From: Okamejei kenojei
Lineage: Eukaryota
Length of the DNA: 64,000 nucleotides
Direction: 5' to 3'
NCBI GenBank assembly: GCA_035221665.1
Contig: CM069139.1
Span: forward strand, 56,482,001 to 56,546,000
The stretch's first letter is position 1; the number at the start of each line of letters is the position of its first letter. The position numbers and the translations under genes were made by a program. Shown here piece after piece: positions 48,700 through 61,310 of this stretch. The notes beneath the pieces are model-generated. The model saw only the letters and a list, made by a program, of their open reading frames with translations. It was not told where the DNA came from and did no database searches.

Positions 48700-49555
48700 G
48701 CACAAAAAGCTGCCTAACTCAGCAGGACAGGCAGCATTTCTGGAGAGAAGGAATAGGTGATGTTCCGGGTCTGAAGAAGGGTCTCGACCCAAAACATCAC
48801 TGGGTGGCCCTTCGATGGCAACCTTGTCTGTCCTTTTTGTCTTTTTTTTGTTATTTTTAGTGTGTTTAAAAAGTATGTGTTAATGTTCTCTGGTTTGTTT
48901 TATGTGGGGGATGTGCGAGGGAAACTTTTTTTCCATCTCCTACATTGCCGGAGATCCGATTGTTTTCCGGATTGTATTTCCGGTCGCTCTGCGGCCTAAC
49001 ATCATGGAGCTGGTGGCTTTGCTCTGGACTGACTTTGAGCCCCACCGCGGGGCATGGACTTATCATTGGAACCAATTCCTTGTCTGGGATCGACGCTCCA
49101 ACTGCGGCCTGCAGACTTTAACATCAAGGAACTCGCAGTCTCGGGTTGAGACTGACGTCAGGAAGCTCCAAAAGCCACACGACGTTCGACTAGCCCCGAC
49201 CCGGGGTATAATTGCCCGGCGCGGGGGAGTTTAGATTCCCCCCTGATGCAGGAGCTCGATCGCCCCGGTGGCTACGGGAGTAAGATCGTCCTGTCAACAG
49301 AAAGTTGGATGTCCCCAACCGCTGGAGGACAAAGAAGGGAGAGATTGAACTTTTTTTCGCTTTCTGTCACAGTGAGGAATATGGAGGAATCACTGTGGTG
49401 GATGTTCATGTTAAAATGTATTTTGTGTGTTTTGTTGCTTTTTTATTAGTATAACTGTATGACAAATCAAATTCCTCGTATGTTGTAAAACATACTTGGC
49501 TAATAAAGTATGATTATGATTTCTTCTTCCCAGAGATGCTGCCTGTCCCGCTGCG
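48700..49555. mobile_element. Inverted Penelope-derived pair split by a ~720-bp insertion (48801-49521)
   Basis: Hammerhead-like motif at 48771-48798. The insert ends AATAAAGTATGATTATGATT and the PLE tail resumes at 'ccagagatgctgcctgtcccgctg'. Confidence 0.7.
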
Positions 49556-49649
49556 TACAAGCTAAACACACATGAACACTATTTCTGCAGAATATCTTAA
49601 ATTACAGAGTAAAAAAGTATTGAAAAGTATTGTACCTTGTTGTCTGATT

Positions 49650-49910
49650 TGTTTAGTTTAGCTTAGTTTAGAGATAGCTGGACAAGGCCTTGCACCCCAT
49701 GCCGACCAGTGATCGCCTGTGATTAGTTCTATCATACACACCAGGGACAATTTGCAGAAGCCAATTAACTTACAAACCTGCACGTCTTTGGAATTTTGGA
49801 GGAATCCGAAGCATCCAGAGGACGCCCATACAGTCACAGGGAGAATGTACAAACCCCACACAGACAACACCCGTGGTCAAGATCGAACCCAGGTATCTGG
49901 CTCTGTAAGG
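49650..49910 (-). mobile_element. V-SINE (HE1-like)
   Basis: Reverse-complement SINE consensus. Confidence 0.8.
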
Positions 49911-50366
49911 CTTCAGATGGGCTTTTTCAGAAGGGTCTCGACCCGAAATGTCACCCATTCCTTCTCTCCAGAGATACTGCCTGTCCTGCTGAGTTACTCC
50001 AGGTTTTTGTGTCTATCTTTGGTTTAAACCAGCATCTACAGATCCTTCTTACACACTTAAATAATGGAAATTATACAAGCAGAATTAGTGCAGAGGGGAA
50101 TTCCAGGCCATTGTGGATGGCTGAAGGGATGGATACATGGTCAACCTTCAAAGGTCAAGTCAAGAGTGTTTCATTGTCATATGTCCTGAAAGGGAACACT
50201 GAAATTCTTACCTGCAGCAGCACAAAGGACAGATAAAACTTAGTACTCAGTAAACACAATAATAAACAAAAATAAATTAGTACATAGAGAAAAGATATAT
50301 ATACTATATATAGAAGCATATATATATATATATAAATATACAGAAATGTCCAGTGCATTTAAATAA

Positions 50367-50518
50367 NNNNNNNNNNNNNNNNNNNNNNNNNNNNNNNNNN
50401 NNNNNNNNNNNNNNNNNNNNNNNNNNNNNNNNNNNNNNNNNNNNNNNNNNNNNNNNNNNNNNNNNNNNNNNNNNNNNNNNNNNNNNNNNNNNNNNNNNNN
50501 NNNNNNNNNNNNNNNNNN
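50367..50518. other. Assembly gap (N run)
   Basis: Run of N. Confidence 1.
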
Positions 50519-51003
50519 TGTGTATGTATGCATCGAAGTGTGTGTGCGCGCATGGAGCTTAGTTGGAGGTTGGTGTTTAATAGCCTGATAGTTGTCGGAA
50601 GGAGCTGCTCTTGAACGTTACAGTTTGCAGGCTCCTGTACCATCTTCCCGATGGCAGGTGTTAAATGAGTGTGTGGCCAGGGTGTTGTGAGTCTCTGATA
50701 ATGCTGGTTGCCTTGCTGAGGCAGCATTTCCTGTAGATCCCTTTGATGGGGTGGGGGGGGGGGGGGGGGGGGGGGGGGGGAGGAGGAGAGAGCACACAAG
50801 AGGCCAGAAGGAAAGGAATGAATGGTTTGCGGAGATAGGTTGTTAGTATTTATGGCACTCACTGCTGGGAAAATTGCTCATCTCAAAATGTCAGGCAAGT
50901 CTGGGATTTAAACATCTATCTCTAAGTGACTAGTTCAACCTCCTGTCATTGGGCTTACACGTTTTCAACTAAACTATAACTTATAGCAAAGTGATGTCCT
51001 TAC

Positions 51004-51394
51004 CTCTTTGCACTAAGCTGGGATTTATGGCATCTTTGCAGTAAAAAATTTTGAAGCAGACAGGAATCACATCCCCGGGAAGCTTATCCATTGCTTGCTG
51101 GAAGACCACAGCTAGTTCTTGCAGTGCAGCCTTTAAACTCAATGAATTCACGGGTGAAAGCAGAAGACTCAGTGACAATGAGATAGCAGCACTAGATGGC
51201 GAACCTGACATCACCACTTTACAATTGATTTCATAAACTTCCAATTTCTTATTTAGGATGAAGGATTTTCTCTCCCGGACCTCGCGGGTCATGGCGATGG
51301 CGTGCCACTCCACTGCTGCACCTTTCGGTAAATGTGGGATGGCAACTACCACAAGTATTCCAGGGGTAGCTTCCATCATTCTGTAACCTTCATC
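51004..51394 (-). CDS. DPH6: DPH6 internal coding exon (C-terminal YjgF/Rid-like region)
   Basis: Acceptor tttatttttatcacag|GAT (phase 0), donor AG|gtaag (phase 1). Encodes DEGYRMMEATPGILVVVAIPHLPKGAAVEWHAIA...SLVQR. LPKGAAVEW is the Rid-family LPxxAxVE motif seen in Dph6 C-terminal domains. Confidence 0.88.
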
Positions 51395-51431
51395 CTGTGA
51401 TAAAAATAAATGAGGTCAATGAGCACAAGTC

Positions 51432-53808
51432 ACTTATTTCTGATCACTCTCCGCTGACTTTTACTTTAAAACTTGAGGGAATGCCAGGTATAAAATTATT
51501 TTGGAGATTTAACACACAAAACGTTTTCTAAATAAAAAAATCAGGACAGAACAATGGACGTTAGAAAAGGAAATTAAATTATTAGAATTAGGAAACACAA
51601 AAGACCCAACCATAGGCAAACATAATAAGATAACATTATTGAAATTTAAACTTAATCGAATATTATCGGCAAGAGTAATAAGATTATTTCAGATCACAAA
51701 ACAAGTACAGTTTGAATTTGGGGATAAACCACATAAACTTCTAGCACGACAATTGAAGAAGCAAGAAAAGGAAACAACAATTAGTAAAATTAAATCATAG
51801 AACAGGGAACTTTTAACTGTACCTATGGACATTAACAAAAGGTTTGCTCAATTCTATCAACATTTATATACATCTAAAACTAACATTGAAGACAATAAAA
51901 TTATAATTTTTTTAGATAAGTGTAACTTGTCAAAATTGGATATCTTAGAACAAGAGCAATTAGGAGCTCAGATTACAAGTGAAGAAATAAGAGAACCAAT
52001 AAAAGAACTGAAAAATGGGAAGATACCATGGCCTGATGGTTTTAATAATGAATTCTATAAAAGATTTCAGGAGTTAATGGTCCCACGATTACTTAAATTA
52101 TACAGTTATGCTTTTACCGAAAATAAATTACCAGAAACTTTAGCAGAATCTACAATTACGCTTATACCAAAAAAAGATAAAGATCTAGAAGATCCGGGCT
52201 CGTATAGAGCTATATCACTTTTAAATACAGATCAAAAAATTTTAGCAAGAAGATTGAGCAAATATATTAATAAATTGATAAACCAGGACCAAACGGGGTT
52301 TATACCCAAAAGACAATCATTTAACAATTTGAGACAACTTTTTAATATAATGTATTCACATAAAGGGGAAAAGGAAGACTTATCAGTTATATCGTTGGAT
52401 GCAGAGAAAGCATTGGATCAGGTAGTGTGGCAGTATTTATACATAGTACTCCAAAAATTTAATATGGGAGATAATTTTATTAGATGGGTAAAATTATTAT
52501 ATGATAAACCAACAGCAAGAATATTAACTAATAATATGTTGTCTCCAAAATTCCAATTATCACGGGGCAATACGCAGGGATGTGTTTTATCACCCTTGCT
52601 ATTTGCCCTTATAATAGAGCCACTGGCTGAAAGGATAAGAACACATCCGAATATTCAGGGATACAATACTAAGGACTCTAATAACAAAATTTCATTATAC
52701 GCGGATGATATACTTTTATATATTAGAAATTCAGAAACGAATATCCCGAATTTATTAAATATAATAGAGGAATTTGGCTCCTTTTCTGGATATAGAATAA
52801 ATTGGAATAAAAGTGAAATTATGTAATTACAGCCCCAGAAAGCGAATCATCTATTACAATTTCCATTTAAAATTGCAATGGAAAATTGTAAGTATTTAGG
52901 TATTCAAGTTACCAGAAGATATAAATCATTATTTAACGCTTATTTTAGTCTTTTGCTAAATAAATTGAATGCTCTATTTAAATTTTGGAAAACGCTCCCA
53001 CTATCATTAATTGGCAGAATAAATGCTATAAAAATGATAATGCTACCACAAATAATATATTTATTTCAATCAATACCAATATATATACCAAAATATTAAA
53101 AAAAAAACTAGACTCTAATATTAATAATTTTATATGGGACTACAAAGCACATAGAATTAAAATAAATCATTTGTGTAAACCTAAAGATGTAGGGGGACTT
53201 GCACTGCCTAATTCCTTACGATTTAGGAGCGATTCTCTTCTCCCCGATAAAATTGAATAATATATTATATAAGAAGAATCCAATCATACACAATATAATT
53301 CGAATTTGGAAACAAATAAAATTAAAATTAAGAAACTTATCATCATTAACACCAATAGTGAATAATCCGGTATTAAAACCATCTTTTATGGATAAAACAT
53401 AGACAATGGGAAAGATTGGGAATTAAAAAGTTGGGTGACATGTATGAAATGGGAAATTTATTATTATTTCAACAATTAAAATCAAAATTTATTCTGAATA
53501 ATAACCAATACTTTAAATATTTACAGATATGTGACTTTATAAAAAAAATATACCAAGATTACAGAATATAACGATAGACCCACTGGAAGAAGCAATGAAT
53601 ATTAAGGCGGACTCACAAAAATTAATATCATATATATAACAGTATCCTTAATAGAAAATTGCCATCAACAGAGGCAATTAGAGAAGACTGGGAAAAAGAT
53701 TTAATGATAAACATTTCTAAAGAAACATGGGAGAGGTATTTGATATATATACATAAATGTTCGATTAACAATAGACATAATTTAATTCAATTTAAAATAG
53801 TACACAGT
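51432..53808 (+). mobile_element. L1 ORF2 fragment, truncated at both ends, antisense to DPH6
   Basis: LISDHSPLTF, FEFGDKPHKLLARQL, SLDAEKALDQV, QGCVLSPLLF, LYADD, HKCSINNRHNLIQFKIVH. Related to but distinct from the L1 at 22756-29518. Confidence 0.92.
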
Positions 53809-54831
53809 TGTGTACTGACTCAATGAAGTCTAAAATTACAATACAATCATTACACTTTTGTACTTATCTATGATGGTATGCTTTTACTGGATTGTGTGCA
53901 AAACAAAGAATTACACTGTACCTAGGTGCATTGGTACATGTGACAATAAAGATTCATCATCACTCTAATTCCTTGCAAGGTCCCTGCAGCATGTGAACTG
54001 ATTTAAAAGCTGTCTCTTTGATTGCTGGCTATCACATCGTTCTATCCATGTGCCTGTCCAAATGTCTTTGAAATGTTGTTATAGTACCTGGCTCAACTAC
54101 CTCCTCTGGCAGCTCGTTGCATATACCCACCACCCTTTGGGTGAAAAAGTTGCCCCTCAGGTCCCTATTAAATCTTTGCCCTCTTGCCTTAAACCTATGT
54201 ACTTTCTCAGCAGTTTTCGGCATTTAGTGGATTATCTTTAACAGTCGTCTCATGTCTAAGGAAAGTAATGGATAGGAAAGGTTTAGAGGGAAATGGGCCA
54301 AATGCAGGTTGGTGGGATAAGTGTAGATGGTGTAACTTGGTTGGCATGGGGACATTTTCATGACTCTAAGACTCTATAACTCTAAATATGTCTGATCTTC
54401 CAACCTACTTCATTGTAGCCCTTGCACTTTTATCTGTACTTTCTCTGTGGGTGTAACACTACACTCTGCACTTTGTTTCCTTTCTCCTTTTGCACTACCT
54501 GTTGTGCTCATGCATGGTTTGATTTTCACATGTGGATGAATTTCCTGCTTTTTGGTGCAGGTTACTATAGTAAACCAATATCATTCCCAGGACCACACAT
54601 AAACAAATGTTAAGTGTGGTCTCACTCGCATGAGTGTGCAATCAAATGTGTGTGCAAGAGTTTAAAGCCTCACGGCGAAAACCATTTGTTGTTGTAATTG
54701 GTACAGCAGCCTGTTCCAGAGCATAAAGAAAAAGCCATCCTCATCCATACGGCAGCTGAAAGCTCACATGAAGAACACCCTTTGTGTTTGCAGTAACCCA
54801 CATTAAAACTAAAAACACATACAATACATCC

Positions 54832-55132
54832 TTTAGTTTAGTTTTAGTTTAGAGACACAGTGCGGAAGCAGGCCCTTCGGCCCACCGAGTCCGCGCTGAC
54901 CAGCGATCACCCCATACACTAGCACTATTATACACATTAGGGACAATTCACAATTTTACCAAAGCCAATTAACCTACAAACCTGCACGTCTTTGGAGTGT
55001 GGGAAGAAACCGGAGTACCCGGAGAAAACCCATGCTGTGAGAATGTACAAACATACTGTCAGCATCCGTAGTCAGGATCGAACCCAGGACTCTGGCACTG
55101 TATGGCAGCAACTCTACCGTTGCCCCACTGTG
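54832..55132 (-). mobile_element. V-SINE (HE1-like), well preserved
   Basis: (tttag)n tail, caggcccttcggcccaccgagtcc, core, gtcaggatcgaaccc B box. Confidence 0.87.
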
Positions 55133-57325
55133 TTGCTCAAGACTTCCCCTTTGTTTGGATAGAAATATGTTGCGATTATGCTTGTCATTAATTTAGTTGT
55201 CAAATTGGGAAATGGAGTATTTGTAACCTATTATTATGCACTGGTCCCGGGACTCACTTTGCTGTTGAATTCCCATAACATCCAATTCTTTTATGTGCCC
55301 CAGACTAGAAAATGTCTACATATCCCCAAAACTCCAAGGTAGAAAACTCAACAGATTGAACCAATGTGTCAATAATGTTTTTCTCCTCATAGTATTAAAT
55401 GGCCAATCTCAAAGAATGAGATGGCCATTTAATCTAAGCATCTTAGAATCTTACACATCCTTCTCAATGATCTGATTTGCAGAGAATGTAGATGAAGTTT
55501 AAGCTATATATCATGAAAAGAGAGAGGAATGGCTGAGACTAATGCCGTTGTTTGATAACATGTAGCATTTTAATCGCAATGACTGGTGCTGACCAGATAT
55601 ATAAGTTTACAGCACTTCCTGAACTACTGCATCTCGGTCCTCAGGTTAGACAGTGGCCTCCATGGCCATCTGTGCTCATCATTTTCTTAGGATACGTCTG
55701 GAGGGCTTCCGTCTCTTACTGCACCTACAACAACTGGAACTTGTAAATGGTGCCAAAACTGCCAACTTTGTATTCTGTCTCAGTGTGCTACTGCTATACA
55801 CTTGTACTGTATCCAGATGCTTATCTAAGATACATCTAAGTGCTTATGTATGGTGATACTTGTACTGAACTGTATACAACAATGAATTTTGTTGTACCTT
55901 GGTACATGAAAAATGAACTACTATTGCACCATTGAAACTAGTCAATTTTCTAAATGCCAAGTTTTAAAAGTTAACTAGTGATGCGTGCCAAATCTTTTCA
56001 TTACGTGCTAAGCAATAACACAATGAGATAAAAGATAAAATTGGTACATTCTTTTCATATCAAGGACACGCAATTTTATCTGGATGAGTAGTATTCAGAT
56101 CATTGCATTAACAGAAAAAACAAAAGTTTGTTACTTAAATATTCCTTAAATGCATTTTAGAACAATGGCAGTAACCCAAATGTCACATGTATACTGTAAC
56201 TCGGCCATGTTAGGTTTTCAAAAATCACAGGTAGGAATTTCACGACTGACCACAGCAAACTTCATGAAATTTTGCAAATCAAACTGCTCTTTCAATCTTT
56301 CTTTGCAAAAGCTTTAATCTAATAGTTGAGTAGTTCATAACAAGCTTTAGCCAGGGTGGCATTGCAGTAAGAGAATGCAATGCAACGCTCAATAAAAAAT
56401 GGACCTACCGTTGAAAATTATTTCTCACTTGCTGTTTGCTGGGGCAGAAATAAACTCCACAAATCACTAAGTGAAAAAAAAATCTGTATATGCATCAATA
56501 AGGGCAGAACACTTATCCCTCTTTCAATTTGCAGGATCAATTTTCACCCACTTGCACTTTCTGAGTGGACTATAATAATAGGTTACACATACTCCATTCC
56601 ACAACTAGGCTACAAAATTACTGCAAGGAATACCCAACAGCATTTTTCTGCAGTGAAACATATTGCTGCTTGATTGTAGTGTACAGGATAAATAAATGTT
56701 AGCAGAGACTAATTGTATATCAACAGCAAACAATCACACAAGTATCCTTCACTGTATGTGAAATGGCAAAAATAGAAATTATTTTACTTCAAATTGCTAG
56801 CACTTGAGACACAAAACGTTTCACAGAGAGCATTTGCTTTTGGTTTTAGGGTCGGCAGGAAAGCAGTGAAATGTTACCGACAGATAAATGTTGCATTAGC
56901 ATTTACACAGGCAAGCTATTCTCCTTCAGGAGACAAATTCTACCCCTGTCAATACTGATTCCACTCCAAGTGGTGGAAAACTGTTTGAAATGATAAAAAA
57001 TAGAGCTCTATGCTGGAAGAAGCCGAGGTCACTCAAGCTTAAAGGCCATTTCCTGGCCCAAGGTGCAGAGGTGCTGTTTGCGAACATTTCTACAACTTCC
57101 AGGTCAACCCATTCTTCGGCACTAACTTTTATTTTTTCTTGTTCAGCCTGTCATTGATTGTAATGTCAACCTTCCACTCAAAACACCTTAACAACGTGGA
57201 TTAGAGGTTGTAGAGATACAGCGTTGAAACTTCAGCCCTCCGAATCCACGCCGATCAGCAATCACCTGTACACTAGTTCCAAACTTACGCACTAGGGATA
57301 ATTTACACTTTAGAGATACAGAGCA

Positions 57326-57951
57326 TTTAGAGCATTGAATATAGGAGCAGGGAAGTAATGTTAAAATTGTACAAGGCATTGGTGAGACCAATTCTGGAGT
57401 ATGGTGTACAATTTTGGTTGCATAATTATACGAAGGATGTCAACAAAATAGAGAGAGTACAGAGGAGATTTACTAGAATATTGCCTGGGTTCCAGCAACT
57501 ATGTCACAGAGAAAGGTTGAACAAGTTAGGTATTTATTCTTTGGAGCGCAGAAGGTTAAGGGGGGACTTGATTGAGGTCTTTAAAATGATGAAAGGGATA
57601 GACAGAGTTGACGTGGATAAGCTTTTCCCATTGAGGATAGGGAAGATTCAAACAAGAGGGCATGACATAAGAATTAAGGGACAGAAGTTTAGGGTAACAT
57701 GAGGGGGAACTTCTTTACTCAGAGGGTGGTGGCTGTGTGGAATGAGCTTCCAGCAGAAGTGGTGGAGGCAGGATCGATTTTAACATTTAAAAGTAAAGTG
57801 GATAGATATATGGACGGGAAGGGAATGGAGGGGTATGGTCTGAGTGCAGGTAGATGGGACTAGGGGAAAACAAATGGTCGGCATGGACTGGAAGGGCCGA
57901 GAGGGCCTGTTTCTGTGCTGTAATTGTTATATGGTTATATGGTTATATGGT
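57326..57951 (+). mobile_element. Young CR1/HER1-type LINE with 9-bp TSD, inserted in a SINE tail
   Basis: TSD TACAGAGCA at 57317-57325 and 57952-57960. (TTATATGG)n tail. Host SINE continues to ~58230. Confidence 0.93.
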
Positions 57952-59094
57952 TACAGAGCAGAAACAGGCCATCAGCCCACCGAGTTCACGATGACCGATG
58001 GTCACTCGTACGCTAACACTATCCTAACTCTAGGGACAATTTACAATTTTACAGAAGCCAATTAATCAACAAATCTGCATGTCTTTGGGATGTGGGAAGG
58101 AACTGGAACACCTGGAGAAACCCTACGCAGTCACGGCGAGAACATACAAACTCTGCACAGGCAGCACCCATAGTCAGGATCAAACCCAGGACTTTGGTGC
58201 AATAGGCTCAACTGCTGCACCACTGTGTCACCCCTGATGCTTTATGTCCATGAGAACTGTGGAAAAATATTGCACAGCACTTTCATGGAAATTAATTAAA
58301 CTTTGTTAACATGTATGAGAACAAGTGTTACTTTAACAGAAATATAAACAAATATAGTATTTCAGAAATATCTTCGAAAGACAATTCTTATGACTGTGTC
58401 AGAAGTCAGAAAGAGTTTCTGATGTTTTCAATCATTAAATGTGTTATGTGATTATTTTACCTCATTTTTCTCCTTTGGGAAAATCAAACTGCAGTAGACA
58501 TACCTTCCAGTTAAAGTAACAAACCTGGCATGCGTAAAGACGGGTCTCAACCCGAAAATGTCACCTATTCCTTTTCTCTAGAGATGCTGCCTGACCCACT
58601 GAGTTACACCAGCTTTTTGTGCCTATCATGTTTATGTTGGATTTCACCAGTTTTCAGTGTGCTAAAATATCATTGTGTTCACATCCATATCAAAACGGGA
58701 TACCTCAAAAATTGTGAAATTGTGCAAAAAGGCATGAGAAACAGTGACAGACAACGAACAGAATGGGCAATGCATTGTAACCAACAGGACCAGGATCAAT
58801 TAGACACTGCAGGCCATGCTATGATATGCAGCAATCACAGTACAATGTCAGCCCTTAAAGAGACATTACCAATAATACATATAAGGCAAGAACAATAATG
58901 AATTCCTGTTGTATGACATATGTATTAGAAAAAATGTCGAGTATACCAGAGTGTAAAGTGGAAGGCAGGAGATCAAGCCTGCAAGAGGCAACAAAATTGT
59001 TTCCTCCAGCACAAAGAATACACACACTTGTAGTCAGACTAAAGGAAATTGAGTGATTGAGTTAAACAGCATGGAAACAGGCCTTGGAAACAGA

Positions 59095-59445
59095 CTGAAT
59101 AGTGAATGGCCTGGATAGAGTGGATGTGGAGAGGGTTTACCACTGGTGGGAGAGTCTAGGCCTAGAGGCCATTGCCTCAGAATAAAAGGACATACTTTTA
59201 GAAAGGAGATGAGGAGGAATTTCTTTAGTCGGGGTGGTGAATCTGTGGAATTCATTGCCGCAGGTGTGGAGGCCAGTCAATGGATATTTTTAAGGCAGAG
59301 ATTGGCAGATTCTTGATTAGTAAAGTTGTCGGGGATAATGGGGAGAAGGCAGAAGAATGCGGTTGAGGAAAAGAAAGATAATCCATGATTGAATGGCAGA
59401 CTTGATGGGCTGAATGGCCTAATTCTGATCCTACAACTTATGAAC
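59095..59445 (+). mobile_element. CR1-type LINE 3' fragment
   Basis: Same subfamily as 4700-5075 and 63340-63705. Confidence 0.8.
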
Positions 59446-59554
59446 GTGATACTTTATTGGATATACCTCACAAATTCTACCCCATGTGAGCCTTTGACAC
59501 TGAGCAAGTCCCAGTTAATATTGGGAAAGTTAAAGTCACCCACTAAGACCACAC

Positions 59555-60123
59555 TTGGCACCAAATGCTGGAGTAACTTAGCAGGACAGGCAGCATTTCT
59601 GGAGAGAAGGAATGAGTGACGTTTCAGGTCGAGACCCCTCTTTTGTCATTCTCTCTCACTCACCATTGTTAGAGTGAGGCCCAGCGGAAATTGGAGGAAC
59701 AGCACCTCATATTTCGCTTGGGCAGCTTATACCCCAGCATATGAACATTGACTTCCCTAACTTCAAGTAACCCTTGCTTTCCCTCTCTCTCCATTCCTCC
59801 CCCTTCGCCATTCTCCGACCAGTCTTACTGTCTCAAACTACTTTTTATCTTTGTTTGCCGTGAACAGAGATTTTTTTTAAGCAGCTAAATCCCAGCTAAC
59901 AATGATCTATTCTACATTTTCCTTGATCTCCATTCCCTTTGTCCTATTTTCACACTTTACACTTCCTTATCTATGTGTCTCCCCTGACATCCGTCTGAAG
60001 AAGGTTCTCGACCCGAAACGTCACCTATTTCTTCTACCCAGAGATGCTGCCTGTCCCGCTGAGTTACTCCAGCATTTTGTATCGATCTTCGGTTTAAACC
60101 AGCATCTGCAGTTGCTTCCTACA
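59555..60123 (+). mobile_element. Penelope-like element 3' end with an upstream inverted partial pseudo-LTR
   Basis: Inverted repeat copy at 59555-59640, then SEAQRKLEEQHLIFRLGSL, then pLTR with hammerhead core at 59995-60022 and terminal tail. This is the classic PLE architecture. Confidence 0.85.
59995..60022 (+). ncRNA. Putative minimal hammerhead ribozyme core (best-preserved catalytic core)
   Basis: CUGAAGA-A-GGUU(CUCG)ACCC-GAAA-CGUC. All core residues present, ACGU palindromic stem III, GUC triplet. One mismatch in stem II and only ~2 bp of obvious stem I. Confidence 0.62.
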
Positions 60124-60129
60124 CTGTTG

Positions 60130-60560
60130 CTTTGGCATCTTTTGATAATCTGACTACATATCTGTTCCTCTATCTCCTGCATGCTATAGGGGACCCTATA
60201 GTACAATCCTATTAGAGTGCCAGCACCTTTCTTATCTCTAAACTCTAACCATATCATCTCAGCAGTCTAACATGTCCTTTCTGGTGGCCACATGACTGTC
60301 TCCTTGATTAGTAGCACAACGCCTCCACCTCTTTTGCCTCCCTTCTCGATCACGTCTGAAACATCCAAACACTGAGGTGCCAGTCGTGTCCCTCTCGCAA
60401 CCACATTTCCACAATGGCCACAACATCATAATCCTAAGCACTGATCCAGTCTCTAAGTTCATCTGCTTTCTCCACACTGCTCCTGGCATTGAAATAAACA
60501 CACTTCAGCCCACCAGTGTCACCATATTCCTTCACCTCTGCCTGCATGTCCTTCTTTTGA
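60130..60560 (-). mobile_element. CR1 ORF2 N-terminal endonuclease fragment
   Basis: CVYFNARSSVEKADEL...FRRDR...IWLEFRDKKGAGTLIGLYYR...IEEQICSQI. Confidence 0.8.
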
Positions 60561-60679
60561 GAAGGTGACGAGCAGAGGGGAGGGAGTACCAAGAGCTCTG
60601 TAAGTAACAGTAGAGGAAACGTCACATCACAGGAAGAAGGAAGATATCTGAGAGGCATCTATGTCGAAAATCTTGCCAG

Positions 60680-61310
60680 TCATAGGGTCATACAACATGG
60701 AATCAGGCCCTTTGGCCCAACATGCTCATACTGACCAACATGCCTCATCTACACTTGTCCCTGCATTTGGCCCAGATCCCTCTAAACCAGTCCTATGTAC
60801 TATACACCTGTGTAAATGTTTCTTAAATGTTACGGTAGTACCTGCCTCAATTATCTCCCCCGTTCTATATACTCACCACCCTTCTTGTGAAAAAGTTACC
60901 CCTCAGGTTCCTATTAAATCTTTTTCTCCTCTAGTTCTTGATGCCTCTACTCTGGCAAGCGACTCTGTGTGATTACCTGATCTATTCCTCTCATGATTTT
61001 GTACACCTCTATATGATCACCCCTCATTCCCTTGCACTCCAAGGAATTGAGTCCTAACCTGCTCAACCTCTCCCTATAGCTCAGACACTCGAGTCCTGGC
61101 AACATCCTCGTAAATCTTCCCTGCACCCTTTCCAGCTTGACAACATCTATCCTATAACATGGTGCCCAGAACTGAACAGAATATTCTACATGCAGCCTTA
61201 CCAACGTCTTATACAACTCCAATATGACCTCACAACTTCTATACTCAATACTCTGACTGATGAAGGCCAATGTACCAAAATACGTTTTTAACCACTCTAT
61301 CTACCTGCGA
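60680..61310 (-). mobile_element. CR1-type LINE 3' fragment
   Basis: AFISQSIEYRSCEVILELYKTLVRLHVEYSVQFWAP...LERVQGRFTRMLPGL. Confidence 0.88.
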
